This document shows positions 30,119-40,178 of a stretch of 64,000 nt of DNA, piece after piece; position 1 is the first letter of the stretch, and each line of letters opens with the position of its first letter. Below the pieces are notes generated by a model. The model worked only from the letters and a program-made list of their open reading frames with translations, had not been told where the DNA came from and did not search any database. The stretch spans positions 64,001 through 128,000 of the forward strand of contig CAWCDG010000009.1 of assembly GCA_963794325.1 (NCBI GenBank). Reading direction: 5' to 3'. This DNA is from an uncultured delta proteobacterium. Its GTDB lineage: Bacteria; Desulfobacterota; Binatia; Binatales; Binataceae. The translations under genes and the position numbers were made by a program.

Positions 30119-31258
30119 ATGACGGCCTTCGAGAAAAATCGGTTCTATATGCCCGAGCTTGACGGGTTGAGGTTCTTCGCTTTTCTGGCGGTGTTCCTGT
30201 CGCACGTCGCGGTGTTTTCCAACGGCAACCACGGATCAAGACCCGCAGTAGTAGAACTCTGCAACATGTTCGGCCGGTTTGGCGTCGACCTGTTTTTTGC
30301 ACTCAGTGCCTATCTTCTGACCTGCCTGATGCTTGCCGAGAGGGAGAAATCCGGCACGATTCGGATTGGCGCTTTCTATATGCGCCGCCTGTTGAGAATA
30401 TGGCCGCTCTATTTCGCCTGGTTGGCCGCGCTGATGCTGACACGGCATCTATGGTCTGATTATTCGCTGAGCTTCTTCGTCCCTTTTCTATTATTCGGGG
30501 GAAATTTCGCGGCTTCGCTCGGCGTGGTTACGAGTCTGGTCATCCTGCCGCTGTGGAGTCTTTCGGTCGAGGAACAGTTTTATCTCGTGTGGCCGCTGCT
30601 CATGCATAACCTGACCCGCCGCGGCGTGGTCGTGGCCGGCGGCGCAATCTGGATATTCACGAGCTGGGCCCGGTTCGAACTGCTTCGAAGCGGGATGACG
30701 CCTCATCAGATCTGGTTTATTGGGTTCGCGCGGCTCGGCGCGATTGCGCTCGGAATCATGATGGCCGTACTCCCGCGACATTCGCCTCGCGCTCGCGGGC
30801 TGTGGTTTCTGGTGGGCTCGGCTTGTTGGGCGGATGCTGCCATGTGCCACCTCTATAGAATGCACTCCGAGGGATTTGCGCCTCCGATGGTCGGCTTTGC
30901 GATGGCTGCGATTGGCGCTGCAGCGTTCCTCTTTGCTGCGATCGGAATCAAGGAAGGCGGTATTCTGACCAAGCCCACTTCGGTCTACTTGGGGCGTATC
31001 TCATACGGCCTGTACATTTTCCATGGCGCCGCGCTGGTGCTGGCCGCCCATATCTTGCCCGCGTTGCCAGATCCTGCGTTTTGGCCGGCGTTATCGATTC
31101 TGGGTTTCGGTCTGACACTGGCCCTTTCGACGGCATCCTACCGATGGCTTGAAAGCCCTTTCCTCCGTCTGAAGAAACGCTACGAAGTCATCAGCGCCGC
31201 GCCGGTGATTTCGGGTCGCCTAGGTCATGAGCGTCTCGCGGTCAACGAAAGCGACTAA
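30119..31258 (+). CDS. Acyltransferase family 3 (OafA-like)
   Basis: PELDGLR, GVDLFFALS, RRLLRIWPLY, WSLSVEEQFY, LGRISYGLY. Confidence 0.92.
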   Translation: MTAFEKNRFYMPELDGLRFFAFLAVFLSHVAVFSNGNHGSRPAVVELCNMFGRFGVDLFFALSAYLLTCLMLAEREKSGTIRIGAFYMRRLLRIWPLYFAWLAALMLTRHLWSDYSLSFFVPFLLFGGNFAASLGVVTSLVILPLWSLSVEEQFYLVWPLLMHNLTRRGVVVAGGAIWIFTSWARFELLRSGMTPHQIWFIGFARLGAIALGIMMAVLPRHSPRARGLWFLVGSACWADAAMCHLYRMHSEGFAPPMVGFAMAAIGAAAFLFAAIGIKEGGILTKPTSVYLGRISYGLYIFHGAALVLAAHILPALPDPAFWPALSILGFGLTLALSTASYRWLESPFLRLKKRYEVISAAPVISGRLGHERLAVNESD

Positions 31259-32011
31259 AGCGACAAATTGCCGGCGACACGCGCATTACCTGGATTTCCG
31301 TACCGCGCCAGAACACTTCAATGCCGTAAGGATACTCCGCGGCGAAAGCGGCGCTCGATCGTCTTACCGGCGTCCCTCACGGAGATGCCCGACGAATGAA
31401 AAGTGGGACTCATCGAATTGCCGGAATCATCGTAGATATTAGATTTGCGGCGGGGCGCTCGATGAAACGGGATGGCGAGTACACAAGGGCGGCAAGAGCC
31501 GATTCTCGAGCGGGGCTACGATATCCAGGGCACACGAGCGAGCAGGGTCATACGCGCGCTCGAGAGTCACACACCTGTATCCTGATCGGCGATCAACGAA
31601 GCTACGCAGGTCTCCGATGGCTTCTCGGATGTCTTTGGCTGACATTCGAGCGAAAGTGCGACGTGTGCAAGCAGCGCTGACATTCGGTCAAGCGGAGCAA
31701 GATCTCGCAGATGACAAGGTGCACGCTCGGCGTGCCGAAGGCGGCGATTGTCTTTTGGTGGGCCGTTGGAGACTCAAGGCAGCTGAATAAGAGTCGGCGA
31801 AACAGCCCTCTTCACTGCTAAAATGGATCGTCGTCCGACGTATGAAAAATGAACATTCGAAGCAAACATATCGTCACATGTAATAGGTGCCCGCGCAGAG
31901 GCCGCGACGAGTCGCGAGCTCTCTGTCACCCCCAAAAAAGAGGCGACCCGTGGCGGCTCGCCGTGGCATCCGAACCTCATCCCGCGCAAGCGCACATGAA
32001 GGAGGTAGCGT

Positions 32012-33322
32012 ATGCCAACAGGAGATTGTGTCTCGGTCCGCCACGTGCCCGCTGCGATGGTCGCGATCGCACTCGCGATTGCACTCGCGGTCCCGGCAGG
32101 CGCCGCAGTAAAACCGGGCGACGTCATCACCGCTCAAACCGCGTACAAGGTGAAAGACCTTGTCTCGCCCGGCGTTTACTACAAAGTCACGAACGGCATG
32201 ACGATGGACATCGTGCCGACCTCAACCATCCAGTGGCCACCGCCGTTTCGCGACGCCACTGAAAAGTATGCCGACCAGGTGCGGCTCTCGCCCGACGGCC
32301 GGTCGCTGGTGAACTATGTCGCTGGGCAACCGTTTCCGTTTCTTGATCCCAATGACCCGAGCGTTGCGACCAAGATCATGTGGAACGCGGCGTTCAGACC
32401 TATCACGTCCGACGACTATGACCTGCGATACTACGATTGCGACGACGTGTACGAAGGACTCAACAAGCCGTACAACGTGATCGACTACTTTCAGATTGGA
32501 CACTACGCCGGTTACGACGAAGTCGGGCGGACCGAAGTCGATCCAATCCCGATCGATCCTGACTTTAAGGCGACGGGGCGCTATTGGATGTTCGCTCTTT
32601 ACCCGATTCTCACGCCCGAAAATCTTCGCGGGTCTGGTTTCATTCGCTACCGCTACGCAAACCCAACCAAGGCTGACGACATCTGGCAGTGGACTCCAGG
32701 AACGCGGCGGCTGCGGCGCCTGAACGAAGGCATCATGAGCGACGCAGTTGTGGGTGGAGGCAATCCCACTTCGTTCGACCCCGATCACTACTCCGGATTC
32801 AACGCCAAGGTCGAGGAATACAACTACAAGCTCCTTGGCCAGAAGACGATGCTTGCGTCGGTGAACGCCAAGCATTCGCCGGAAATCACCTGCTCAACCG
32901 ACGGCGGCGCCAGCGCGTGTCCCGAGAATTGGGAGATGCGCCAACTGTACATTGTCCAGACCTCGCCGCGCGTCTCGGTCAACAGCCAGGCGCTGCACTC
33001 GAAGTCGATTCTCTACATCGACGGCGAGATGTGGTTCGAACCTTACGTGGATGAATACGATCCCAACGGTCAGCTCTGGCAGAATCACATCTACTGGCTG
33101 ACCTATCGCGACCGACCGGTGCCTGATGCGCGCATAGCGATCTATCCCTTCAAGCGCGAATTTGTGGTGGGCGCCGCCGCGACCGACGTTCAGTCTGGAA
33201 TGACCACGATGTGCTACCTGCCCGGGCAAAGCACGCCCGAGCACGAATGCTGGTACATCAACATGGGCGGAGTCGACCGCGATTTCTTCACGACCAACGC
33301 GATGGTCCGAGCCGCGCCGTGA
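32012..33322 (+). CDS. DUF1329 family periplasmic protein (paralog of 6818-8110)
   Basis: Shares YRDRPVPDARIAIYPFKREFVVG and MCYLPGQxTPEHECWYIN; RBS AAGGAGG. Confidence 0.85.
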   Translation: MPTGDCVSVRHVPAAMVAIALAIALAVPAGAAVKPGDVITAQTAYKVKDLVSPGVYYKVTNGMTMDIVPTSTIQWPPPFRDATEKYADQVRLSPDGRSLVNYVAGQPFPFLDPNDPSVATKIMWNAAFRPITSDDYDLRYYDCDDVYEGLNKPYNVIDYFQIGHYAGYDEVGRTEVDPIPIDPDFKATGRYWMFALYPILTPENLRGSGFIRYRYANPTKADDIWQWTPGTRRLRRLNEGIMSDAVVGGGNPTSFDPDHYSGFNAKVEEYNYKLLGQKTMLASVNAKHSPEITCSTDGGASACPENWEMRQLYIVQTSPRVSVNSQALHSKSILYIDGEMWFEPYVDEYDPNGQLWQNHIYWLTYRDRPVPDARIAIYPFKREFVVGAAATDVQSGMTTMCYLPGQSTPEHECWYINMGGVDRDFFTTNAMVRAAP

Positions 33323-33421
33323 TCAATGACGCGGGACCTTGTTCCTGAACTGCTCCCGGTGAGCGAACCCGATGTCACTACTGCGACAGGGGTGGAAATC
33401 ATCAGAAGCGAAAGGTGCTTA

Positions 33422-33496
33422 AGGGACTCGAAATCCTCTGGAGCGAAAGCTCCGTGCGGGTTCGAGTCCCGCCCCGGCACCATTATTTTGGCGTGG
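33422..33496 (+). mobile_element. Second att-like degenerate tRNA-Leu 3' fragment
   Basis: 35 bp (33431-33465) identical to 20119-20153; ends GGCACCA then the same TATTTTGGCGTGG flank. Confidence 0.75.
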
Positions 33497-33616
33497 TGAG
33501 GCCTATCTGGTGAACGCGGACGATTGACCGCCATCGACGACTAGCAATCGCTCCTACTTGGAAAACTCAGAGCGGATTGCCTTCACCGCTGGCGTCAGGC
33601 TAAGAATGTAGTCGTC

Positions 33617-33949
33617 TTGCGCCTTCTCGCCATAATCCTTGCTGTCCTGCTTCTTCCGTTCAGCATGAACGTGCCGTCAGCGATGGCGTGTCCGACAGCG
33701 GCGTGCTGCGGCCCCGATTGTTCGAGCAGCGCTCCGATCAATCAGTTGAGCTGCTGCAAAACGCCGGTTGCGCCGGATCGAGCGACGATTCAAGCGCGAG
33801 ATACGCAACATTTCGATTCGATCGGGAGTATGCCCGTAGCGGCGGTGATCGTCGCGACTTCGCACTCGCGGAGCATCGTCGTCGCTCGAGGGTATTCGCC
33901 ACCCGACCGTCTCCTTTCGTTGGCACTTCTCTGTTCCCGACAAATCTGA
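33617..33949 (+). CDS. Cys-rich putative leader protein upstream of the Cus-like operon
   Basis: Signal peptide, CPTAACCGPDC...SCCK, C-terminal YSPP...LALLCSRQI. Confidence 0.7.
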   Translation: MRLLAIILAVLLLPFSMNVPSAMACPTAACCGPDCSSSAPINQLSCCKTPVAPDRATIQARDTQHFDSIGSMPVAAVIVATSHSRSIVVARGYSPPDRLLSLALLCSRQI

Positions 33950-34134
33950 ACCTTCCATAAGCGCGTGAGTTGAATGGCGAATGTGCCTCATTCGCCGCCG
34001 ACGCTTGCGTGCCGCCTGCTCGCGACAATCCGATGAACATCTGCCGATACGATTCGGCAGGTTAAAGCGCAGGTTCTGGACCTGCGAAGGACTCAGCCGC
34101 GCCGCGATCGATCGCGGCTGGAAGGTTGGAATTT

Positions 34135-35451
34135 GTGAAGTGCCAAAGCATTCGCCGCACAACGGCGCGAAAGTTGATAGCGACCATATTCGCCATCGCA
34201 ATTCTGACGGCGATTCCATCGGCGGGACGCGCACAGGATGGCGCTTCGGCGACTGAAACACCCTCCGGCTCGGATCGACTGCGAGCGCTTGTCGATGAGG
34301 CTCTCGCTCGCAGCCCGGTAGTACTCGCGGCGCGCAGCCACTGGCAGGCTCAAACGAAGGTGCCGATCCAGGCCGCCACGCTGCCTGATCCGGAGGTCTC
34401 GCTCCAGCATTTCACCGTTGGAAGTCCGCAGCCATTCTCAGGCTATGAGAGCAGCGACTTCTACTACACCGGCTTCGGCGTCTCGCAGGACATTCCGGGG
34501 CCCGGCAAGCTCCGCCTGCAAAGGTCTGAGGCCGAGAGAGATGCCGAGTACTCCAAGCATCGCTACGAAGCCGCCGGTCGCGCCGTCGAAGAAAAGGTCA
34601 AGGAGCTCTACTACGAGCTGTTCTATCACGCTAAGACGCTGGCGATCCTTGATCGCAATCAGGACGAGCTGCAGCAGATTCAGAAAATCGCCGAAACCCG
34701 CTACCGCCTCGGACAAAGCCAGCAGCAGGATCTGATCAAAGCGCAGCTTCAGACCACCGAGCTCCTCAAGGAGCACGCAATGCACCATCAGGAGGAGGAT
34801 CAAGAACAGCTCGCGCTCAAGCAGGTGCTCGGGAGGGATCCCGACTCGCGCAATATCGACATCGGTGACGTCGAAATGACGCAGCTCCAGCTCGACGCAT
34901 CGCAGATCGCGCAGTTGGCCGACAGCGGTTCTCCCGACCTCGCCGCGGATCGCGCGATGGAAGCGCGTAGCGCCGAAGCGTTGAAGCTTGCGCATCAGGG
35001 ATACTGGCCGGACTTCACGGTCGGTTACTCGTATCAAAAAACCGGGCCCGGTTTCAGCGACTATTACATGTTGAGTCTCGGCGCGAAGGTTCCGCTTTAT
35101 TTCTGGCGCAAACAGACGCCCGCCATCGAGCAGGCCGCGCTTGAGGCCGAATCAGCGCGCGCGCAAGTCCGTGCAACTCAGCTGCAGGTCTCCTCAGATG
35201 GAGAAAGCAGCATGGTCGCGATGCGCACCGCGGAACGGATCCTGGCTATCTATCGCGACGGTCTGATCCCGCAGGCCGAAACGTCGCAAGCCTCGGCGAT
35301 GGCGGCGTATCGAGTCGGCAAAGTCGATTTCCAGACGCTGCTCTCGTCGGTGCTCGATCTGCAGAACCTGCGGCAGGAGTACTACCGCAGCCTCGCCGAC
35401 CACGAGATCGCTATCGCCAAACTCCAGCAGGTAATCGGTGACCGACGATGA
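34135..35451 (+). CDS. cusC: TolC/CusC-like outer membrane efflux protein
   Basis: LPDPEV, VSQDIPGPGKL, YRVGKVDF; GTG 34135 with SD GGAAGG (TTG 34126 is an alternative start). Confidence 0.85.
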   Translation: MKCQSIRRTTARKLIATIFAIAILTAIPSAGRAQDGASATETPSGSDRLRALVDEALARSPVVLAARSHWQAQTKVPIQAATLPDPEVSLQHFTVGSPQPFSGYESSDFYYTGFGVSQDIPGPGKLRLQRSEAERDAEYSKHRYEAAGRAVEEKVKELYYELFYHAKTLAILDRNQDELQQIQKIAETRYRLGQSQQQDLIKAQLQTTELLKEHAMHHQEEDQEQLALKQVLGRDPDSRNIDIGDVEMTQLQLDASQIAQLADSGSPDLAADRAMEARSAEALKLAHQGYWPDFTVGYSYQKTGPGFSDYYMLSLGAKVPLYFWRKQTPAIEQAALEAESARAQVRATQLQVSSDGESSMVAMRTAERILAIYRDGLIPQAETSQASAMAAYRVGKVDFQTLLSSVLDLQNLRQEYYRSLADHEIAIAKLQQVIGDRR

Positions 35452-36923
35452 ACTACAACTCACTAAGTTGGCGAGTCTGCATGCTGGCTCTCTTTATGGC
35501 CATCGCGGCCCCAAGCGCACACGGAGCGGATTCCCAGCTCGCGCCCATCCGCATCACGCCAGAGCGCAGGCAACTGATCGGCCTGAAGTTCGCGACCGTG
35601 GCGCGAAGGGACGTGAGCGACCGCCTCGAAACCACCGGCAACATCGAGGCCGACGAACGGCTGCAAGGTTACGTGCAAACGCGTTTCGCCGGATGGATCG
35701 AAAAAGTGTTCGCGAATTCGAGCTACCAGTACGTCCGCCGTGGTCAGCCGTTGTTTACGATTTACAGCCCGGACTTGGTGAGCACCGAGAACGAATATCT
35801 GCTCGCTCTCGAGGCTCGCAAGCGCGTGAAGGATAGCAGTGTCGCCGACGTGACCAACGACGCGTCATCGCTGGTCGATTCCGCCGCGGAACGTCTCAAG
35901 CTGTGGGGAGTGTCGCCGCGCGAGGTCGCGCGCCTGGAACGCGAACGCACTGTGCGGCGCGCCGTCGAGATCGACTCTCCCATGAGCGGATACATCGTCG
36001 AGCGCAACGCGCTGCCCAACCTGTATGTGCAACCCGACACGCGCCTGTTCACGATCACCGATCTGTCGAAGGTCTGGATCTACGCGGCGGTGTTTCAGAA
36101 CGAGATCGGAAAAGTCCATCCCGGCGATCCTGCAACCGTTACGGTGGACGCCTATCCGGGCACGAACTTCGACGGGCGCGTCGATTTCATCGAGCCGCAG
36201 ATCGATCCCATGACGCGCACCGCAAAAGTTCGATGCGAGTTCAACAACCCCAAAGGCCAGCTCCTTCCCGGGATGTTCGCGCATGTCGCGCTTGACCTTC
36301 CGATGGGCGAGCAGACCGTGATCCCTGACACGGCGGTTCTGCGCACCGGCACACACAACGTCGCGTTCATCGATCGCGGTGACGGTTATCTCACGCCCGC
36401 CGAGATCGAGTTGGGTGCGCACGTCGGCGACGAATTCATTGTGCTCAAGGGACTCGCGCCGGGTCAGCAGATAGTCAGCTCCGCCAACTTCCTGATCGAT
36501 TCGGAAAGCCAGCTCCAGGCAGCCGCCGGAGCGTTTGTGCCGCCTCCACCGGGCGTCGGCGCGAATGCTCCTGGAGCAGCCACTGAGGCAATCCCCCAGG
36601 CAAGCATCGAGTTCACCAGCGACCCGAACCCGTTGGTGCGAGGTCACAACAAGGCGATCGTGACGGTGCGCGATTCCAAAGGCGCGCCAATCTCAGGCGC
36701 GCAAGTGACGGTGTCCTTCTACATGGCGGCGATGCCCGCGATGGGAATGGCGGCGATGCGCGCGCAAGGCACCGCGGAAGATCAAGGGAATGGAACCTAC
36801 TCGGCGAATATCGATCTACCGAGCGGTGGCACCTGGAGCCTGACGATCACCGCGTCCAAGGGTGGTCAACCTATCGCGACCAAGCAAATGGACGTGTCGG
36901 CCAGCGGCTCCATGGCGATGTGA
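35448..36923 (+). CDS. cusB: CusB-like RND adaptor with C-terminal Met-rich YtkA/FixH-like domain
   Basis: GWIEK, IYSPDL, DPMTRT, LLPGMF, SANFLIDSES; tail MAAMPAMGMAAM...GTWSL. Confidence 0.88.
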   Translation: MNYNSLSWRVCMLALFMAIAAPSAHGADSQLAPIRITPERRQLIGLKFATVARRDVSDRLETTGNIEADERLQGYVQTRFAGWIEKVFANSSYQYVRRGQPLFTIYSPDLVSTENEYLLALEARKRVKDSSVADVTNDASSLVDSAAERLKLWGVSPREVARLERERTVRRAVEIDSPMSGYIVERNALPNLYVQPDTRLFTITDLSKVWIYAAVFQNEIGKVHPGDPATVTVDAYPGTNFDGRVDFIEPQIDPMTRTAKVRCEFNNPKGQLLPGMFAHVALDLPMGEQTVIPDTAVLRTGTHNVAFIDRGDGYLTPAEIELGAHVGDEFIVLKGLAPGQQIVSSANFLIDSESQLQAAAGAFVPPPPGVGANAPGAATEAIPQASIEFTSDPNPLVRGHNKAIVTVRDSKGAPISGAQVTVSFYMAAMPAMGMAAMRAQGTAEDQGNGTYSANIDLPSGGTWSLTITASKGGQPIATKQMDVSASGSMAM

Positions 36924-36933
36924 GGACCGAAGC

Positions 36934-39900
36934 ATGATCGAAAGAACTATCGACTGGTGTAATGAGAACCGCTTCATCCTGTTCTTCGGCGTGCTCGCGC
37001 TGATACTCGCGGGCATCTGGTCGCTCGATCGAATCCCGCTCGATGCGCTACCGGACATCTCCGACGTTCAGGTGATTATCCACACCGAATGGATGGGTCA
37101 GCCGCCCAACCTCATCGAAGATCAGGTGACCTATCCTATTGTCACCGCGATGCTTGCCGCGCCGCACGTAAAGGCGGTCCGCGCGCAGACCATGCCCAAC
37201 GACTCTTATGTATTCGTCGTCTTTGAAGACGGCACTGACATCTATTGGGCGCGCAGCCGCGTGCTGGAATACCTGCAGCAGATCACGGGCAAGCTTCCGA
37301 CGGGCGTAAATCCTGCAATAGGTCCCGATGCGACCGGCGCGGGCTGGGTCTACGAGTATGCTCTCGTCGATAAGAGTCATACTCACAATCTCGCCGATCT
37401 CCGCAGCCTGCAGGATTGGAACGTGCGCTATGCGCTCGAAACGGTGCCGGGGGTTTCGGAGGTCGCCACTATCGGCGGCTTCGTAAAGCAGTACCAGGTC
37501 AAGCTCGATCCAAATCGGTTGCTCGCGCTCAAGGTCCCGTTGGAAACGGTGATCGACAAAATCCGCGACAGCAATGGCGAAGTCGGTGGGCGCGTGCTCG
37601 AGATGTCGGGAGCGGACTACATGATCCGCGGCCTCGGCTACGTCCATTCGGTCACAGACCTTGAGCAGATCTCCGTCGCAACCAACAATGGCACGCCGGT
37701 GCTGATAAGAGATTTGGGCGTCGTAAGTCTCGGACCCGACTTGCGCGAGGGCGCCGCAGAATGGAACGGCGACGGCGAAACCGTCGGCGGCATCGTAGTA
37801 ATGCGCTACGGACAGAATGCGCTCACCGTCATCGACGGGGTCAAGCAGAAGCTCGCTCAGATTCAAAAGACCCTGCCGCGCGGCGTTGAAATCGTAGCCG
37901 GTTACGATCGTTCGGGACTCATCCAGGCATCGATCAACACTTTGAAGCGCGATCTGCTCGAAGAGGCCATCATCGTAAGCCTCGTGATCATCATTTTCCT
38001 CTTCCACCTGCGCTCCGCGCTGATCCCGATTCTTGCGCTGCCGATCGCGGTCATCGCGACCTTCATTCCGATGTACTATCTGCAGATCAGCTCCAACATC
38101 ATGTCGCTCGGCGGGTTGGCGCTGGCGATAGGTGTGCTGGTCGATGCTTCGATCGTGATGGTCGAGAACGGCTATCGACACCTATCGGAAGCGCAGCACC
38201 TCGCGTCGCTAAGAGGCGAATCGGTTTCCCCATCCGAGCGGCAGCGAATTTTGCTATCGGCCGCAAAGCAGGTCGGCCGCCCGATCTTCTTCTCGCTGAT
38301 AATTATTGTCGTCTCATTCCTGCCGGTGTTCCTGCTCGAATCGCAGGAGGGACGGATGTTTCGTCCGCTGGCTTATACCAAGTCCTTTGCGATCGGCTTC
38401 TCTTCAATTCTCGCGATCACCGTGGTTCCGGTGCTGATGGTTCTCTTCATCCGCGGTAAGCGCCTTCGACCGGAGGAGGACAACCCCATCTCGCGCTTCT
38501 TCCAGGCCATCTATCTGCCGGTCATCCGATGGTGCCTGCATCATCGCGCCCTGACGATCGTCGCCAACGTGATATTCGTGCTGCTGACAATTCCGCTGCT
38601 GTTCAAGATAGGCAGTCAGTTCATGCCGCCGCTCTACGAAGGATCGAGTCTCTACATGCCGACTGCCTTGCCCGGTATTTCGATCAGCTCAGCGGTAGAT
38701 CTGATGCAGAAGCAGGATCAGATCATCCGAACGTTTCCCGAGGTCGAAAGCGTGTTCGGCAGTGTAGGACGTTCGGATAGCGCGACCGACAACGCGCCGC
38801 TGGACATGTATGACACGACTATCATGCTCAAGCCTCGCGCCCAGTGGAGAAAGGGCATGACCTACGATTCGCTGATCGCGGAGATGGACGACAGATTACA
38901 TTTTCCCGGTCTGTCTAACTCGTGGACGATGCCAGTCGAGAATCGGCTCGACATGGAGTTGACCGGGATCAAGACCCCGGTAGGACTGAAAATTCAGGGT
39001 CCCGAGGTCGATAGGATTCAGCAGATAGGTTCGCAGATTGAAGAGATACTTGGATCCGTTGCGGGCACGCGAGGAATTTTCGCCGAACGAGTCTCTCAAG
39101 GGTTCTACATCAACGTCGATGTCGATCGCGCGGTCGCCGCGCGGTACGGACTGACGGTCGGAGCCGTTCAGCGCGCAGTCAGCTCTGGCATGGGCGGCGA
39201 GAATATCGCGACCACCGTCGAGGGGCGCGAGCGCTACTCGATAAACGTCCGCTATCTCGCGGATTACCGAAATGACCTGAACGCGCTCCGCCGCATATTG
39301 ATCATGACGCCGACCGGCGCGCAGATTCCGCTCGGCGAGGTCGCGCATATCGACTTGAGCCCGGGCCCCTCGATGATCCGCGACGAAGATGGGCAACTAA
39401 CGGGCTACGTCTATGTTGACCTCGCGACTTCGGACTACGGCAGCTATGTTGACAGCGCGCAGCGCGTGCTGGATCGGCAGCTCCATCTGCCCGCCGGATA
39501 CACTCTGAAATGGTCGGGCGAATATGAGTTCCAGTTGCGCGCGCGAAAGCGCCTGACGGTCATCCTGCCAATCGTATTCGGTCTGATCTTTGTCCTGCTC
39601 TACATGCTCTTCCAATCGGTGACCGAATCGATCGTGCTCATTCTTCCGACCGTGTACGCGATGACCGGCGGGCTTCTGCTTCAGTACATGATGGGCTTCA
39701 ACTTCAGCGTCGCCGTATGGGTCGGCTACATCGCGCTGTTCGGAATCGCGGTCGAGACCGGCGTTGTCATGGTGATCTACCTTCACGAAGCACTGAATCG
39801 TCACATTGCCGCCGGCCAACTAACCCAGGAAGGCGTCGAAGCAGCGGTTATCGAGGGCGCAGTCCAGCGCCTTCGCCCCAAGCTGATGACCGTTGCGGTG

Positions 39901-40080
39901 GTAATGCTCAGTCTCGCGCCGATTTTATGGGAGAGCGGAATCGGTTCGGACGTGATGAAACCAATCGCAGCGCCAATCGTCGGCGGCATGATCACCTCGA
40001 CGATTCACGTACTCATACTCGTGCCTGTGTTCTTCGCGATCATGAAGGAACGCGCACTAAGGAAAGGAACCCTGCTTTGA
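36934..40080 (+). CDS. cusA: CusA/SilA heavy-metal RND transporter
   Basis: LDALPDISDVQVI, GPDATG.GWVYEY, QFMPPL.EG..LYMP, RLRPKLMT. Confidence 0.95.
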   Translation: MIERTIDWCNENRFILFFGVLALILAGIWSLDRIPLDALPDISDVQVIIHTEWMGQPPNLIEDQVTYPIVTAMLAAPHVKAVRAQTMPNDSYVFVVFEDGTDIYWARSRVLEYLQQITGKLPTGVNPAIGPDATGAGWVYEYALVDKSHTHNLADLRSLQDWNVRYALETVPGVSEVATIGGFVKQYQVKLDPNRLLALKVPLETVIDKIRDSNGEVGGRVLEMSGADYMIRGLGYVHSVTDLEQISVATNNGTPVLIRDLGVVSLGPDLREGAAEWNGDGETVGGIVVMRYGQNALTVIDGVKQKLAQIQKTLPRGVEIVAGYDRSGLIQASINTLKRDLLEEAIIVSLVIIIFLFHLRSALIPILALPIAVIATFIPMYYLQISSNIMSLGGLALAIGVLVDASIVMVENGYRHLSEAQHLASLRGESVSPSERQRILLSAAKQVGRPIFFSLIIIVVSFLPVFLLESQEGRMFRPLAYTKSFAIGFSSILAITVVPVLMVLFIRGKRLRPEEDNPISRFFQAIYLPVIRWCLHHRALTIVANVIFVLLTIPLLFKIGSQFMPPLYEGSSLYMPTALPGISISSAVDLMQKQDQIIRTFPEVESVFGSVGRSDSATDNAPLDMYDTTIMLKPRAQWRKGMTYDSLIAEMDDRLHFPGLSNSWTMPVENRLDMELTGIKTPVGLKIQGPEVDRIQQIGSQIEEILGSVAGTRGIFAERVSQGFYINVDVDRAVAARYGLTVGAVQRAVSSGMGGENIATTVEGRERYSINVRYLADYRNDLNALRRILIMTPTGAQIPLGEVAHIDLSPGPSMIRDEDGQLTGYVYVDLATSDYGSYVDSAQRVLDRQLHLPAGYTLKWSGEYEFQLRARKRLTVILPIVFGLIFVLLYMLFQSVTESIVLILPTVYAMTGGLLLQYMMGFNFSVAVWVGYIALFGIAVETGVVMVIYLHEALNRHIAAGQLTQEGVEAAVIEGAVQRLRPKLMTVAVVMLSLAPILWESGIGSDVMKPIAAPIVGGMITSTIHVLILVPVFFAIMKERALRKGTLL

Positions 40081-40178
40081 GGAGCACGCGGATACTGCTT
40101 TGCGCTGCACGCAAGTCACAAGGGCGTAGTGATGCAATCGCGCCTGGACCAGGCGAAGAGGCCAACATTGCTACGTGT

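Noticed and set aside
31396-31800. Short ORFs between the acyltransferase and DUF1329
   Set aside because: No RBS, motif or compositional support
33385-33482. Intact tRNA with CGA anticodon
   Set aside because: No acceptor-stem 5' strand or D arm, and the anticodon stem is mispaired; better explained as a decayed tRNA-Leu fragment
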